Shown piece by piece: positions 15,923-24,813 of a DNA stretch of 24,813 nt. Below the pieces are notes generated by a model. That model was not told the origin of the DNA, searched no databases, and was given only the letters and a program-made list of their open reading frames with translations. The position numbers and the translations under genes are program-made. Position 1 is the stretch's first letter. Every line of letters starts with the position of its first letter. The DNA is from Pyrinomonadaceae bacterium (lineage in GTDB: Bacteria > Acidobacteriota > Blastocatellia > Pyrinomonadales > Pyrinomonadaceae): positions 1 through 24,813 of the forward strand of contig DATLNN010000072.1 in the NCBI GenBank assembly GCA_035536695.1, written 5' to 3'.

Positions 15923-17434
15923 ATGCCTGAATCTAAGAAGACCGCCGAACCGTGCGTCATGGTAATTTTTGGCGCGACGGGTGACCTGACAAAACGCAAG
16001 CTATTCCCCGCTCTATATAACCTGGCAAAGGACGATTTCCTGCCGCACACGTTCGCGATAGTCGGCGTCGGGCGACAGGAAATGACGAGCGAAGAGTTTC
16101 GTGACCAGGTGGCCGGACACCTTCGCGAGTTCATCCCCAACGGGCCTGACGAAAAGATCGTGAAATGGTTCGGGGAACGCACCTATTACACGGGTGGCGA
16201 TTTTGACGACGACACGAAGTTGTTCGGCGATTTGAAAAACCTGATCGGCAATGTCTCGGCCGAGCACCAGATACCGGGCAATTATTTCTACTATCTTGCG
16301 ACACCGCCGTCACTGTTCGGCAATGTCACGAGCAAGATAGTCAAAAACGGGCTGGGCACGGAAGAGAATGGAAATTGGCGCCGCTTCATATATGAAAAGC
16401 CATTCGGCCACGATCTTGAAAGCGCCGAGAAGCTGAACGCCGAGCTTCTTGAAACGGTGAATGAGAAGCAGATCTACCGCATCGACCACTATCTCGGAAA
16501 GGAGACGGTCCAGAACATATTGGTGTTCAGGTTTGGCAACGGTATCTTTGAGCCGATCTGGAATCGAAACTATATCGATCACGTCCAGATCACGGTGGCG
16601 GAAAAGCTCGGCGTCGAGCTTCGCGGCGGCTACTACGACACGGCGGGAGCGCTTCGGGACATGATCCCTAATCACATACTCCAGCTCGTTACGCTCACCG
16701 CGATGGAGCCGCCGGTGTCGTTCGAAGCCGATTCGGTCCGGGATGAACAGGCAAAGATCCTGCAGGCGATCCAGGCCTATGATCCTGAGGACGTTCTGCT
16801 CCGAGCCGTTCGCGGGCAATATGGCGAAGGGACGGTCGACGGCAAAAAGGTGCCCGGCTATCGTACCGAGGATAAGGTGGCCCCCAATTCGAATACCGAG
16901 ACCTTTGCCGCCTTTAAGCTCTCCGTCGATAATTGGCGGTGGGCGGATGTCCCCTTCTATATCCGAACGGGCAAGCGCATGAAGACCCGGCATTCCAGCA
17001 TAGTTATTCAATTCAAAAAGGCTCCGTTCATGTTGTTTCGCGACACGCCGGTCGAAAAACTCACGACGAACCGTATAGTTCTTCATATCCAGCCGGACGA
17101 GGGGATCACGCTGCATTTCGGCGCCAAGATCCCGGGGCCGATCGTGAATATGGGCGCGGTCGATATGGATTTTGATTACCTGGATCATTTTGGGGAACAG
17201 GTCTCAACCGGGTACGAGCGGCTCTTATACGATTGCATGATCGGCGATGCGACACTATTCCAGCGTGCGGACATGGTCGAGGCTGGCTGGCGGATCGTCG
17301 CTCCTGTACTCGATGTCTGGAAAGCCCTGCCGGCACGCGACTTTCCAAACTACGCGGCCGGAACCTGGGGCCCCGCGGATTCGGACGCGATGCTCGCGGC
17401 CGATGGCCGGGCGTGGAAGAATCTGGCCGATTAG
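15923..17434 (+). CDS. zwf: Glucose-6-phosphate 1-dehydrogenase
   Basis: [57 protein letters not shown]. Start set at ATG 15923. Confidence 0.98.
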   Translation: MPESKKTAEPCVMVIFGATGDLTKRKLFPALYNLAKDDFLPHTFAIVGVGRQEMTSEEFRDQVAGHLREFIPNGPDEKIVKWFGERTYYTGGDFDDDTKLFGDLKNLIGNVSAEHQIPGNYFYYLATPPSLFGNVTSKIVKNGLGTEENGNWRRFIYEKPFGHDLESAEKLNAELLETVNEKQIYRIDHYLGKETVQNILVFRFGNGIFEPIWNRNYIDHVQITVAEKLGVELRGGYYDTAGALRDMIPNHILQLVTLTAMEPPVSFEADSVRDEQAKILQAIQAYDPEDVLLRAVRGQYGEGTVDGKKVPGYRTEDKVAPNSNTETFAAFKLSVDNWRWADVPFYIRTGKRMKTRHSSIVIQFKKAPFMLFRDTPVEKLTTNRIVLHIQPDEGITLHFGAKIPGPIVNMGAVDMDFDYLDHFGEQVSTGYERLLYDCMIGDATLFQRADMVEAGWRIVAPVLDVWKALPARDFPNYAAGTWGPADSDAMLAADGRAWKNLAD

Positions 17435-17496
17435 TATTTCATGCGCGCCACCGCCCTTAAATCTATTTCTCTTCCACTCCCGGCGGGAAACATCGT

Positions 17497-18813
17497 ATGG
17501 TAGTCGAGACAGCCGTTGCCGTCGCGATCCTGCTCGCGCTCGTCTTTCTGGCGACCGTCGATACGGCATTCTTCCATCTTTCTGATGTCGGCCTGCGGCG
17601 AATGTCGTATGAAGAGGAATCTGCCGAGAAGAAAAACTCGGTAAAATTCCTTCGCGAAATACTTGAGAATCGTCCGCGTTTTCGATTTGCACTGTCATCC
17701 ACGATTCAGATCCTGCTTATCTGCTTTACCGTACTGCTGACCGTTATTGTCGCGCAGTTCACGGCCAATCGGGGCCAGGTAATGGCGATCGCCCTCATCG
17801 TCGGTCTGCTGGCAACCGTCTTTCTACGCCAGGTGCTGCCGCGTCTTCTTGTTAGAAACGACACTGAGAAGAAACTGCTGTTTCTTTTGCCAGCGATCCG
17901 CCCGCTCTATGCAATCGCCTCCTTTTTTGTAGAGCCGATATCGAGCCGGAAGCGCCTGCGTGCCAGAGAGAAGCTGGAGGCAACCGTTTCCCCGGATGGG
18001 TCAGAAGAAAAGGACGAGGATAACGCAGAAGACTTTCAGGCGCTGATGGAGGTCGGCGAGGCTGAGGGGATAATCGAGGAAGAGGAACGGGAAATGATCG
18101 AGACGATGGTCGAATTCAGCGATACGCGGACTGGCGAGATCATGACTCCGCGTACCGAGATCGTCGCCCTGCCTATCGAGTCCACCGTCCGTGCCGCCCG
18201 CGACCTGATCGTTGAGCAGAAGTACTCGCGCATGCCGGTTTATCGCGACAGCATCGACAATATCGAGGGGATGATCTATGTCCGCGATCTGCTCCAGGCC
18301 TGGGCAGAGGGCAAAGAAGATCGTCCGGTCGGCGAATTTCTGCGAGACGCGTTGTTCGTCCCGGAAACAAAAACGGCCAGTGAGCTGCTCAAGAACATGC
18401 AGGTCAATCATGTCCAGGTCGCCATTGTCATAGACGAGTACGGTGGCGTCGCGGGCCTCGTCTCGGTCGAAGACATTCTCGAGGAGATCGTCGGCGAAAT
18501 CGAGGATGAGGACATCGAGGAAGAAGAGATCATTGAGATCGTCGAGGCCGAAGGCGGTTATTACGACGTTCTCGGGTCGACCGAGATCGATAAGGTCGAG
18601 CGTCTGTTTGAGACCGATCTCGAGGACGAGGACTATACCACGATCGCCGGCCTGGTCACGAGCGAGGCTGGCTACGTCCCCGGCGTTGGCGAACGTCTGA
18701 CACTTCGCGGGCTGGACATAGAGATCCGCGAAGCCGATGAAAAGAAACTTCATCGTCTGAGGTTGCGCCTTGCCTATGAGCCACAAGACGCAGATTCCGA
18801 GACCGAGCTCTAA
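17497..18813 (+). CDS. Hemolysin/CorC (HlyC, CNNM-CBS-CorC) family membrane protein
   Basis: N-terminal TM region, IMTPRTEI..YSRMPVY..IDNIEG CBS pair, AIVIDEYGGVAGLVSVEDILEEIVGEIEDE, C-terminal CorC_HlyC domain (TIAGLV). Confidence 0.93.
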   Translation: MVVETAVAVAILLALVFLATVDTAFFHLSDVGLRRMSYEEESAEKKNSVKFLREILENRPRFRFALSSTIQILLICFTVLLTVIVAQFTANRGQVMAIALIVGLLATVFLRQVLPRLLVRNDTEKKLLFLLPAIRPLYAIASFFVEPISSRKRLRAREKLEATVSPDGSEEKDEDNAEDFQALMEVGEAEGIIEEEEREMIETMVEFSDTRTGEIMTPRTEIVALPIESTVRAARDLIVEQKYSRMPVYRDSIDNIEGMIYVRDLLQAWAEGKEDRPVGEFLRDALFVPETKTASELLKNMQVNHVQVAIVIDEYGGVAGLVSVEDILEEIVGEIEDEDIEEEEIIEIVEAEGGYYDVLGSTEIDKVERLFETDLEDEDYTTIAGLVTSEAGYVPGVGERLTLRGLDIEIREADEKKLHRLRLRLAYEPQDADSETEL

Positions 18814-18868
18814 GTGGCGGCGTCCGGCCAGGATAGTTCCGAGGCGATAGGACACAGAAGTTTGGCTT

Positions 18869-18877
18869 TGTTATACT
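18869..18877 (+). promoter_or_regulatory. Extended -10 promoter candidate for the peroxiredoxin gene
   Basis: TGtTATACT about 30 nt before the GAGGAGG RBS and ATG. The -35 is weak (AGGACA). Confidence 0.45.
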
Positions 18878-18909
18878 CTCGTAAAACTAATAGAGGAGGC
18901 GATAGAATA

Positions 18910-19572
18910 ATGGCGATCAGATTAGGGGACACCGCGCCGGATTTCACCGCGGAGACCACGCATGGAACCATTAATTTTCACGAATGGCTGGACGACAGCT
19001 GGGGCGTTTTGTTCTCTCACCCAAAAGATTACACACCGGTCTGCACGACAGAGCTCGGGATGGCCGCCCGGCTGAAACCAGAATTTGATAGACGCGGCGT
19101 CAAGATCATCGGCCTGAGCGTCGATCCGCTCGACTCGCATATCGGATGGGAAAAGGATATCGAGGAAACTCAGGGCCAGCCGGTAAACTTCCCTATGATC
19201 GCCGATAGCGATCGCAAGGTTTCGGACCTGTACGACATGATCCACCCGAATGCGAACGACACCTTCACTGTCCGCTCTGTCTACGTGATCGGCCCGGACA
19301 AAAAGGTCAAGCTGATGATTACCTACCCGGCGAGCACTGGGCGCAATTTTGACGAGCTTCTTCGCGTTATCGATTCACTGCAGCTGACAGCTGATCACAG
19401 CGTCGCAACACCGGTCAACTGGAATGACGGGGATGACTGCATCATCGTTCCTTCGCTGTCTGACGAAGACGCGAAGGCAAAATTCCCGCTCGGATGGACG
19501 ACCGTTAAACCATACTTGCGGATCACGCCGCAGCCAAATAAGGCCGACAAGGGCGACACGCAAACTGCTTAG
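18910..19572 (+). CDS. 1-Cys peroxiredoxin (Prx6 subfamily)
   Basis: FSHPKDYTPVCTTELG (PVCTTE is the Prx6 signature), YPASTGRNFDELLR, TPVNW. True start is ATG 18910 after GAGGAGG; the track's N-terminal extension is spurious. Confidence 0.96.
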   Translation: MAIRLGDTAPDFTAETTHGTINFHEWLDDSWGVLFSHPKDYTPVCTTELGMAARLKPEFDRRGVKIIGLSVDPLDSHIGWEKDIEETQGQPVNFPMIADSDRKVSDLYDMIHPNANDTFTVRSVYVIGPDKKVKLMITYPASTGRNFDELLRVIDSLQLTADHSVATPVNWNDGDDCIIVPSLSDEDAKAKFPLGWTTVKPYLRITPQPNKADKGDTQTA

Positions 19573-20075
19573 TGAAGATCGAAGCAGAAATCGAGGGCAC
19601 AAGGCACAAGGTCGAGATCATTCGCGACGGCGACCACGTGACGGCCGAGATTGACGGCCGGCGATATGAGGTAGAGGCATCGGAGCCTGAGCCAAACGTT
19701 TTTCTGATAAAGCACGAGGGCAAGATCCGCGAAGTTTTTGTGTCGCACCCTGAGAGTTCTGGGCCAGCCGTTGTCACTATCCGCGGCCATCAGGTCCAGG
19801 TGGCCCTAATAGATCCCAAACGCCTTCGGGCCTCCACGTCGGCCGCCGAGCACTTCGCCGGTGCCGCCGAAATCAAAACGTCCATGCCAGGAAAAGTGGT
19901 GCGTATTCTGGTCGCTGAGGGCGATCAGGTCGCCAAGGGCGATGGCATCATAGTTATTGAGGCTATGAAGATGCAGAACGAATTGAAAGCGCCGAAAGAC
20001 GGAACCGTGAAGGAGATCCGGTTTGAAGCCGGCCAGACCGTTGCCGCAGGCGCGATCCTGGCGACGATCGAGTAA
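19572..20075 (+). CDS. Biotin carboxyl carrier (biotin/lipoyl attachment) subunit of an acyl-CoA or pyruvate-type carboxylase
   Basis: MPGKVVRILVAEGDQV..G..VIEAMKMQNEL.AP..G.V biotinylation motif. GTG overlaps the Prx6 stop by 1 nt. Confidence 0.93.
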   Translation: MKIEAEIEGTRHKVEIIRDGDHVTAEIDGRRYEVEASEPEPNVFLIKHEGKIREVFVSHPESSGPAVVTIRGHQVQVALIDPKRLRASTSAAEHFAGAAEIKTSMPGKVVRILVAEGDQVAKGDGIIVIEAMKMQNELKAPKDGTVKEIRFEAGQTVAAGAILATIE

Positions 20076-20080
20076 GCGCT

Positions 20081-20905
20081 CTAAAGGTGCGAGCCGCAGT
20101 ATTTGCAGTGCGTGGCGTCAAGATCATGTCCCTCGCCGTGACATTCGGGACATACGTGTGTGGACGCCGGTTTCGAAGCCCGAATCAATTCCCCGGTTAC
20201 AATTCCGGTCGGAACAGCGATGATCCCATAGCCCATTATCATTACCGCTGACGCAAGCAACTTCCCCAATCCGGTCTTTGGAGAGAGATCGCCGTAACCG
20301 ACTGTGGTAAGCGTGACGATCGCCCAGTAAATGCTGGTCGGAATGTCAGTGAAACCATTCTCTTCGCCCTCAACCACATACATCAACGACCCAACGACCG
20401 TGACGATCGTTATTATCGCGACTACAAAGACGGTGATCTTTCGGCTGCTGGCGCGTAGTGCGGTACTGATGACACGGCTTTCCGAAATATATGAGGTGAG
20501 CTTGAGGATGCGAAAGATCCTAAGAAGGCGAAGTATTCGGATGACCAAAAAATACTGGGTTCCGGGAACAAAAAGACTGAGATACGTCGGAAGTATTGCG
20601 ATCAGATCGACAAGGCCATAGAAGCTTGTCGCATATTTTATCGGCCGCTTAACGGCCATCAGCCGGAGAATGTATTCGAGCGAAAAGAGGATCGTGAAGA
20701 ACCATTCAGCGATGAAGAGTTCCGGGCCGAAGGTCTGCCTGAGCTCGCGTGAGCTCTCGAGCAGCACTGCGATCACGCTCAGGAGGATAAGCACGATCAG
20801 CGTGAGGTCGAAGGCGCGCCCGGCGGGCGTTTCCGCCTCGAACACGATCTCATAGACCCTCCCGCGCCAGGTCGTTTCAGGCTTTTCTTTGACGTCGGAC
20901 CTCAC
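20081..20905 (-). CDS. 6-TM voltage-gated-type K+ channel (ion transporter) with C-terminal Cys zinc ribbon
   Basis: S4 RILRLLRIFRILKL, filter TTVGYGD, C-terminal CPEC...CKYC. Start moved to GTG 20905, 7 nt after the upstream stop, because the track's start overlaps the upstream gene. Confidence 0.93.
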   Translation of the reverse strand: MRSDVKEKPETTWRGRVYEIVFEAETPAGRAFDLTLIVLILLSVIAVLLESSRELRQTFGPELFIAEWFFTILFSLEYILRLMAVKRPIKYATSFYGLVDLIAILPTYLSLFVPGTQYFLVIRILRLLRIFRILKLTSYISESRVISTALRASSRKITVFVVAIITIVTVVGSLMYVVEGEENGFTDIPTSIYWAIVTLTTVGYGDLSPKTGLGKLLASAVMIMGYGIIAVPTGIVTGELIRASKPASTHVCPECHGEGHDLDATHCKYCGSHL

Positions 20906-20912
20906 TTTCCGT

Positions 20913-23471
20913 TTACTTTTGCTTATAACTGAGAATATTTGCCAACAACCTGAATGCTCCCGGCACCCCGGCCGGAAGCTGGCGAAACATTGAATAGCTG
21001 CAATAGATGTAGCTTCCCTTCCCAAGCTTTGCAGCGACAAGCCCACCAGTGTTTTCAGGTTCGCCCGCATCGTGCGATTCGAGCAGGCCGGTATATTCGG
21101 GCGCCATCTCGCGGAAATTATAGAGATTGCGTTCCTGCACCCAGCCGGTAAAATCCGCGTTAGTTATCTTGTTTGGAAAAGTGAAGATCGGATGGGATGG
21201 GTCTACGATCCGGACCGCGGCCGTTTCATCCGCGACGCGCGGGCCCATCTGTGTTGGAAATGGCGTTAGTCCGGCCCCTGGCTGGGCATAGGCAGGCAAC
21301 TGATACTGGACGATGAGAGTGCCTCCGCTGCGGGCGAAATCCAGCAGGCGCTGGTTGTTCGCAACCACATCGGGGCGCACCTGGTATGCACGAATGCCAA
21401 CGACTATCGTATCAAACATGGAAAGATCGCCGCTGGCCAACTCACTCTCCGAGATCATTTCAAGGTTAAACCCCATCTGTCTGATGGCCTCGGGTACCCG
21501 GTCGCCGCTTCCGGCGATATATCCGACCTTGACAGGCGCGGTCTTTAGATCAATGACGGCCACTTCGACCGATGCACGCCGGTAGGATCGGTGGGTTTGA
21601 ATGTGCGGGTAGGCGATTTCGTGCATTGTTAATGAGGCCAACGCCTCGCCGACCATCGCACCGCCCGATATCTGATAGCTGCCGGGTTTGGTGCCGGGTG
21701 GAATAGTCACATCGAACGAGACAACTGTCTTCTCTCCTTTTCGCGTTAGGCTGAAGGTCTTCGACGAGGTCGTGTGCCGCCATTCCGGACTGGTATTGAT
21801 ATTGAGCGATGCCACGCCGTTAACAGGCTGTTTCGAGTGGTTCGTGATCGTCATGACCAGCTTTCGCGCCTGAGCTTTCGCAGAGTAAGGCACGATCATC
21901 AGCGCATCGTCCATCTCGACGGTAACTGACGGCACAATGTTGACATTGCGCCGGATCTCTCCGCGAACGTCATCGGCAAAGCGAAACGCTAGCGGCTGTG
22001 TAAAGGTCATCTCGGTGCCCGCGACCTCGACCGTGACTAGGACCGCAGGCGTATTTGGCTCAAACGGCCAAGTAGGGGAGCGCGCAAATGTCCATCGAAA
22101 CATATCGCCGTCACGCTGTTCGCGGAGCCAATAAGGCTGCGTTGGCTGCGAGTCACGAGGCGCCGTTGCATTAAAGAACGCACTGGCGGCGCTCACCTCG
22201 CGTGCGACGAATGCGGGATTGTTTGTACGAGGCGCCTCGGCGGCCGCGACAGTCCACCCGGGTGCGACCAGCGCGATACCTTTGATCTTTACCAGATCAG
22301 TAAAGGGGGTAAACACTTTTGCTCCGACCTGGATCGTTTCTCCCGGCGTTATCGTCTCGGAATCGGCAAGCGTGTCGATCTGCAGCCCGGCAGCATGCTG
22401 GATCGCATCTAATACTTCATCTTTTTTTGTGATCAAAAATCGCCGTTCGGCAGGAGAGCTCGTGGCCCAGGCGCTGTCCATCGCCGCATACGCCCGGGAG
22501 AGGTCGGGAAGAAGTTTTTCGGGAGCCGCGGCTTCAAATTTTGTTAGGATCTCCTGTATCGTCTTTTGCAGATCGTCCGACTTGCTAAGACCGGAGCCGA
22601 GCGATGTATTCAGCCCCTCGAAAATGCGTGTTTCCTTGGCCTCGGTTCCCTGCAAATTGAGACTTGAAAATTGGTCGCCCCGGAGTTCAAGAACGCCTTG
22701 CTCCTGTGACTTGTGCTGGCTTCGAGCTTCCATCGCTATCTCGAAATAAGATCGGCCGAGGAGCGGATCGTATTTCCCGACATTTATCCGGAGGCGCGGT
22801 TCACCTTGCCCGCGATGACGAACGTAAAATTTCCTGACCTGCCACGCCATGCCCGTCTCGACGCATTGCGAAGCATCTGCTGCGGCCTTGACGGCAAGGG
22901 GCGAAATAAAACCAGCGAATTGATGTTGGCCATGGCCGTCGGCGGTGGTACCCGAGAACTGCGAAACCACTACCAAGGGGCGGAAATCGCGGATGACACG
23001 AACGACATCGCACAGGATCACCTTTTCATCCCATTTTGACTTGGCCTCAGCGAGCGTCTTTGAAAACCCATAGTCGTATGCCCGAGTAAAATACTGCTCG
23101 GCGCCGTCTAACTTGCGTGCCTGGAGCAACTCCTCCGTGCGGATCAGGCCAAGGGCCTCGCCTAGCTCCGGGCCGATAATGTTCTGCCCGCCGTCGCCGC
23201 GCGTAAGGGAGAGGTATGCGGTGCGCGCGTTCTCGCCGCGTGCGAGATAGGCTAACAGGGCGGTGTCCTCGTCGTCGGGGTGAGCTCCGACCATCAGGAC
23301 GCTCGCAGAGGTGTTGAGCCGCTTCAACATCTGCATCAATCCCACGGCTCCACGGTCGTAAACAGGGCGAACCTGGCCGGAAACAGTCAACCGCAGAGAG
23401 GCAGAGACACAAAGAAGCAACAGCAGAAGTACCGTGTTGATCCTAGCGGACGATCGAAGGCGTGGTGGCAT
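20913..23471 (-). CDS. Exported PIG-L/LmbE-family deacetylase with NEW3-like Ig domain and C-terminal class I GATase-like domain
   Basis: Signal peptide, GAHPDDED, LTRGDGGQN, IRTEELLQAR, HGQH. Ig-like FDVTIP..PGSY. C-terminal VGYIAGSGD..FDTIVVGIRAY..GGTLIVQY..WVQER..GKGSYIY. Confidence 0.9.
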   Translation of the reverse strand: MPPRLRSSARINTVLLLLLLCVSASLRLTVSGQVRPVYDRGAVGLMQMLKRLNTSASVLMVGAHPDDEDTALLAYLARGENARTAYLSLTRGDGGQNIIGPELGEALGLIRTEELLQARKLDGAEQYFTRAYDYGFSKTLAEAKSKWDEKVILCDVVRVIRDFRPLVVVSQFSGTTADGHGQHQFAGFISPLAVKAAADASQCVETGMAWQVRKFYVRHRGQGEPRLRINVGKYDPLLGRSYFEIAMEARSQHKSQEQGVLELRGDQFSSLNLQGTEAKETRIFEGLNTSLGSGLSKSDDLQKTIQEILTKFEAAAPEKLLPDLSRAYAAMDSAWATSSPAERRFLITKKDEVLDAIQHAAGLQIDTLADSETITPGETIQVGAKVFTPFTDLVKIKGIALVAPGWTVAAAEAPRTNNPAFVAREVSAASAFFNATAPRDSQPTQPYWLREQRDGDMFRWTFARSPTWPFEPNTPAVLVTVEVAGTEMTFTQPLAFRFADDVRGEIRRNVNIVPSVTVEMDDALMIVPYSAKAQARKLVMTITNHSKQPVNGVASLNINTSPEWRHTTSSKTFSLTRKGEKTVVSFDVTIPPGTKPGSYQISGGAMVGEALASLTMHEIAYPHIQTHRSYRRASVEVAVIDLKTAPVKVGYIAGSGDRVPEAIRQMGFNLEMISESELASGDLSMFDTIVVGIRAYQVRPDVVANNQRLLDFARSGGTLIVQYQLPAYAQPGAGLTPFPTQMGPRVADETAAVRIVDPSHPIFTFPNKITNADFTGWVQERNLYNFREMAPEYTGLLESHDAGEPENTGGLVAAKLGKGSYIYCSYSMFRQLPAGVPGAFRLLANILSYKQK

Positions 23472-23513
23472 AGTTCAATATTCTAGTAACTCTGGGTCTT
23501 TGTGTCTTTGTGA
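23391..23513. repeat. Inverted pair of 8-mer arrays embedded in the coding ends of two adjacent genes
   Basis: + strand CCGCAGAG AGGCAGAG ACACAAAG (23391-23414) and CTCTGGGT CTTTGTGT CTTTGTGA (23490-23513). Confidence 0.75.
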
Positions 23514-24813
23514 TGAACATCGTCACGGTTCGTCAGACTGATCAGATACCCGAAAAAGACGGTCACAAGGCATCCAATGACGTTAAACCACAGAAACTCG
23601 ATGTTTGTATAATTACTGGCTATCCACACAGATGTGATGCCAAAGAGCAGCCCAAAAAATGCTCCACGCGACGTGGCCCTCTTCACGGCAAACGCCAATA
23701 CAAAAACACCGAGCAGCGAACCATAAAAGAAAGAGCCGAACTTATTCACCACTTCGATCAACGAGCCGAGGTTTGTCGCAAAGATCGCGACAATACAAGC
23801 AAAAACACCCCAAATAAAGGTCGAGATACGTCCGACCGCAACGTAATGCGAGTCAGTGGCCTCGGGCTTGTATAGGCGGCGATAAAAGTCGATGGTCGTC
23901 GCGGTGGCGAGAGCGTTCAATTCTGCCGATATGGACGACATTGCGGCCGCGAAAATCGCCGCGATAAGCAAGCCAATAACGCCGATCGGCATATTTTCGA
24001 GGACGAACGTCGGAAACACATAATTGATATCGTTGAACGTCGGGTTGCTGGTTGCTCGGACAAAGTTTATCGCTTCCTTTCGGCTCTCATTGAACTGCTT
24101 GTCCGCATCGACGTACAGCTGCCGAGCCTGGGGGTCTTCAGAAAAACCTGATGCCGCGTCGCGCCGTGCTGTGTGGGCTGCACCGTAGCGATCCTGGATC
24201 GCCTTGAACTCCTCCGTTTGTTCCGCCTTCGCGATCTCCGCTCGATTAAAAACGATGGGCGGCGCCGTGAACTGATAAAAGATGAATACCATGATGCCGA
24301 TAAGCAAGATGCCGAACTGCATCGGTATCTTGAGAAACGCACTCATCAGCAGCGACGTTCGTCCCTGATCGATCGATTTTGCCGTCAGAAACCGCTGAAC
24401 CTGGCTTTGGTCACAGCCGAAGTAACCGAGCATAAGAAACAAGCCGCCAATCAGGCCGGACCAGATCGTATATTTCTCAGTCAGGTCAAATCGTGTATCG
24501 ACCATCTCTAGCTTGCCCAAACTGCCCGCGAGGTGCAGCCCGTCGGCTAAGGTGACACCCGCGGGGAAGCTCCAGAGAATTACCAGAAAGCAAACACCGA
24601 GCCCGAAAAAGATCACGATCATCTGCTTGACGTCCGTCCAGGTGACTGCCTGCACGCCACCGAAAACCGTGTAGATCGTCGTCGAGAGGCCGATGGCAAA
24701 GATCGTTGCGATCAGATTCCAGCCAAATACAATTGAAAGAACGATCGACGGAGCGGAAATGATAGTGCCGACGCCGAGACCGCGAGAGATCAGGAAAAAG
24801 AAGCTGGTCAGCG
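23483..24813 (-). CDS. Sodium:solute symporter (SSS/SLC5) family transporter; the 5' end lies outside the window
   Basis: The frame is open to the window edge (LTSFFFLISRGLG...YTVFGGVQAVTWTD). DQSQVQRFLTA, AAIFAAAMSSISAELNAL, FYGSLLGVF. Confidence 0.93.
   Translation of the reverse strand, partial: LTSFFFLISRGLGVGTIISAPSIVLSIVFGWNLIATIFAIGLSTTIYTVFGGVQAVTWTDVKQMIVIFFGLGVCFLVILWSFPAGVTLADGLHLAGSLGKLEMVDTRFDLTEKYTIWSGLIGGLFLMLGYFGCDQSQVQRFLTAKSIDQGRTSLLMSAFLKIPMQFGILLIGIMVFIFYQFTAPPIVFNRAEIAKAEQTEEFKAIQDRYGAAHTARRDAASGFSEDPQARQLYVDADKQFNESRKEAINFVRATSNPTFNDINYVFPTFVLENMPIGVIGLLIAAIFAAAMSSISAELNALATATTIDFYRRLYKPEATDSHYVAVGRISTFIWGVFACIVAIFATNLGSLIEVVNKFGSFFYGSLLGVFVLAFAVKRATSRGAFFGLLFGITSVWIASNYTNIEFLWFNVIGCLVTVFFGYLISLTNRDDVHHKDTKTQSY

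Noticed and set aside
23409-23471. Cys in the PIG-L leader (LLLC) and Cys16 of the 533-aa protein as lipoprotein lipoboxes
   Set aside because: Neither has the small G/A/S residue at -1 that a lipobox requires. Ordinary signal peptidase I cleavage fits better.

Overview
GC-rich bacterial chromosomal window, most likely Acidobacteriota class Blastocatellia. This is inferred from the AtpD 'MTEPPG' variant and from secreted proteins ending in a carboxypeptidase-regulatory-like domain. Left 10 kb, minus strand: three separately promoted genes for secreted surface proteins. They are a 2410-aa adhesin (PPC-like, LamG, 10 Calx-beta, dockerin-like, 2 cohesin-like, C-terminal Ig-like domain), a 533-aa two-cohesin 'mini-scaffoldin' with a Pro/Thr linker, and a truncated lamin-tail-domain protein. 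Together they look like a non-cellulosomal cohesin-dockerin surface assembly system with shared leader peptides and C-terminal domains; this is the most interesting feature. Middle: a stand-alone atpD-atpC pair, two or three small stress-type genes, and a 685-bp intergenic region with a 10-bp-phased AT-rich palindrome array. Right: phoH-ybeY-zwf-corC(hlyC)-peroxiredoxin(Prx6)-biotin carrier on +, converging on a minus-strand operon of sodium:solute symporter (truncated), PIG-L deacetylase and K+ channel. Several gene junctions carry short-unit (7-10 nt) repeat arrays, some in inverted pairs, and one pair has been absorbed into coding sequence. No rRNA, tRNA, CRISPR or transposase was seen. All domain calls are by motif recognition, not database search.
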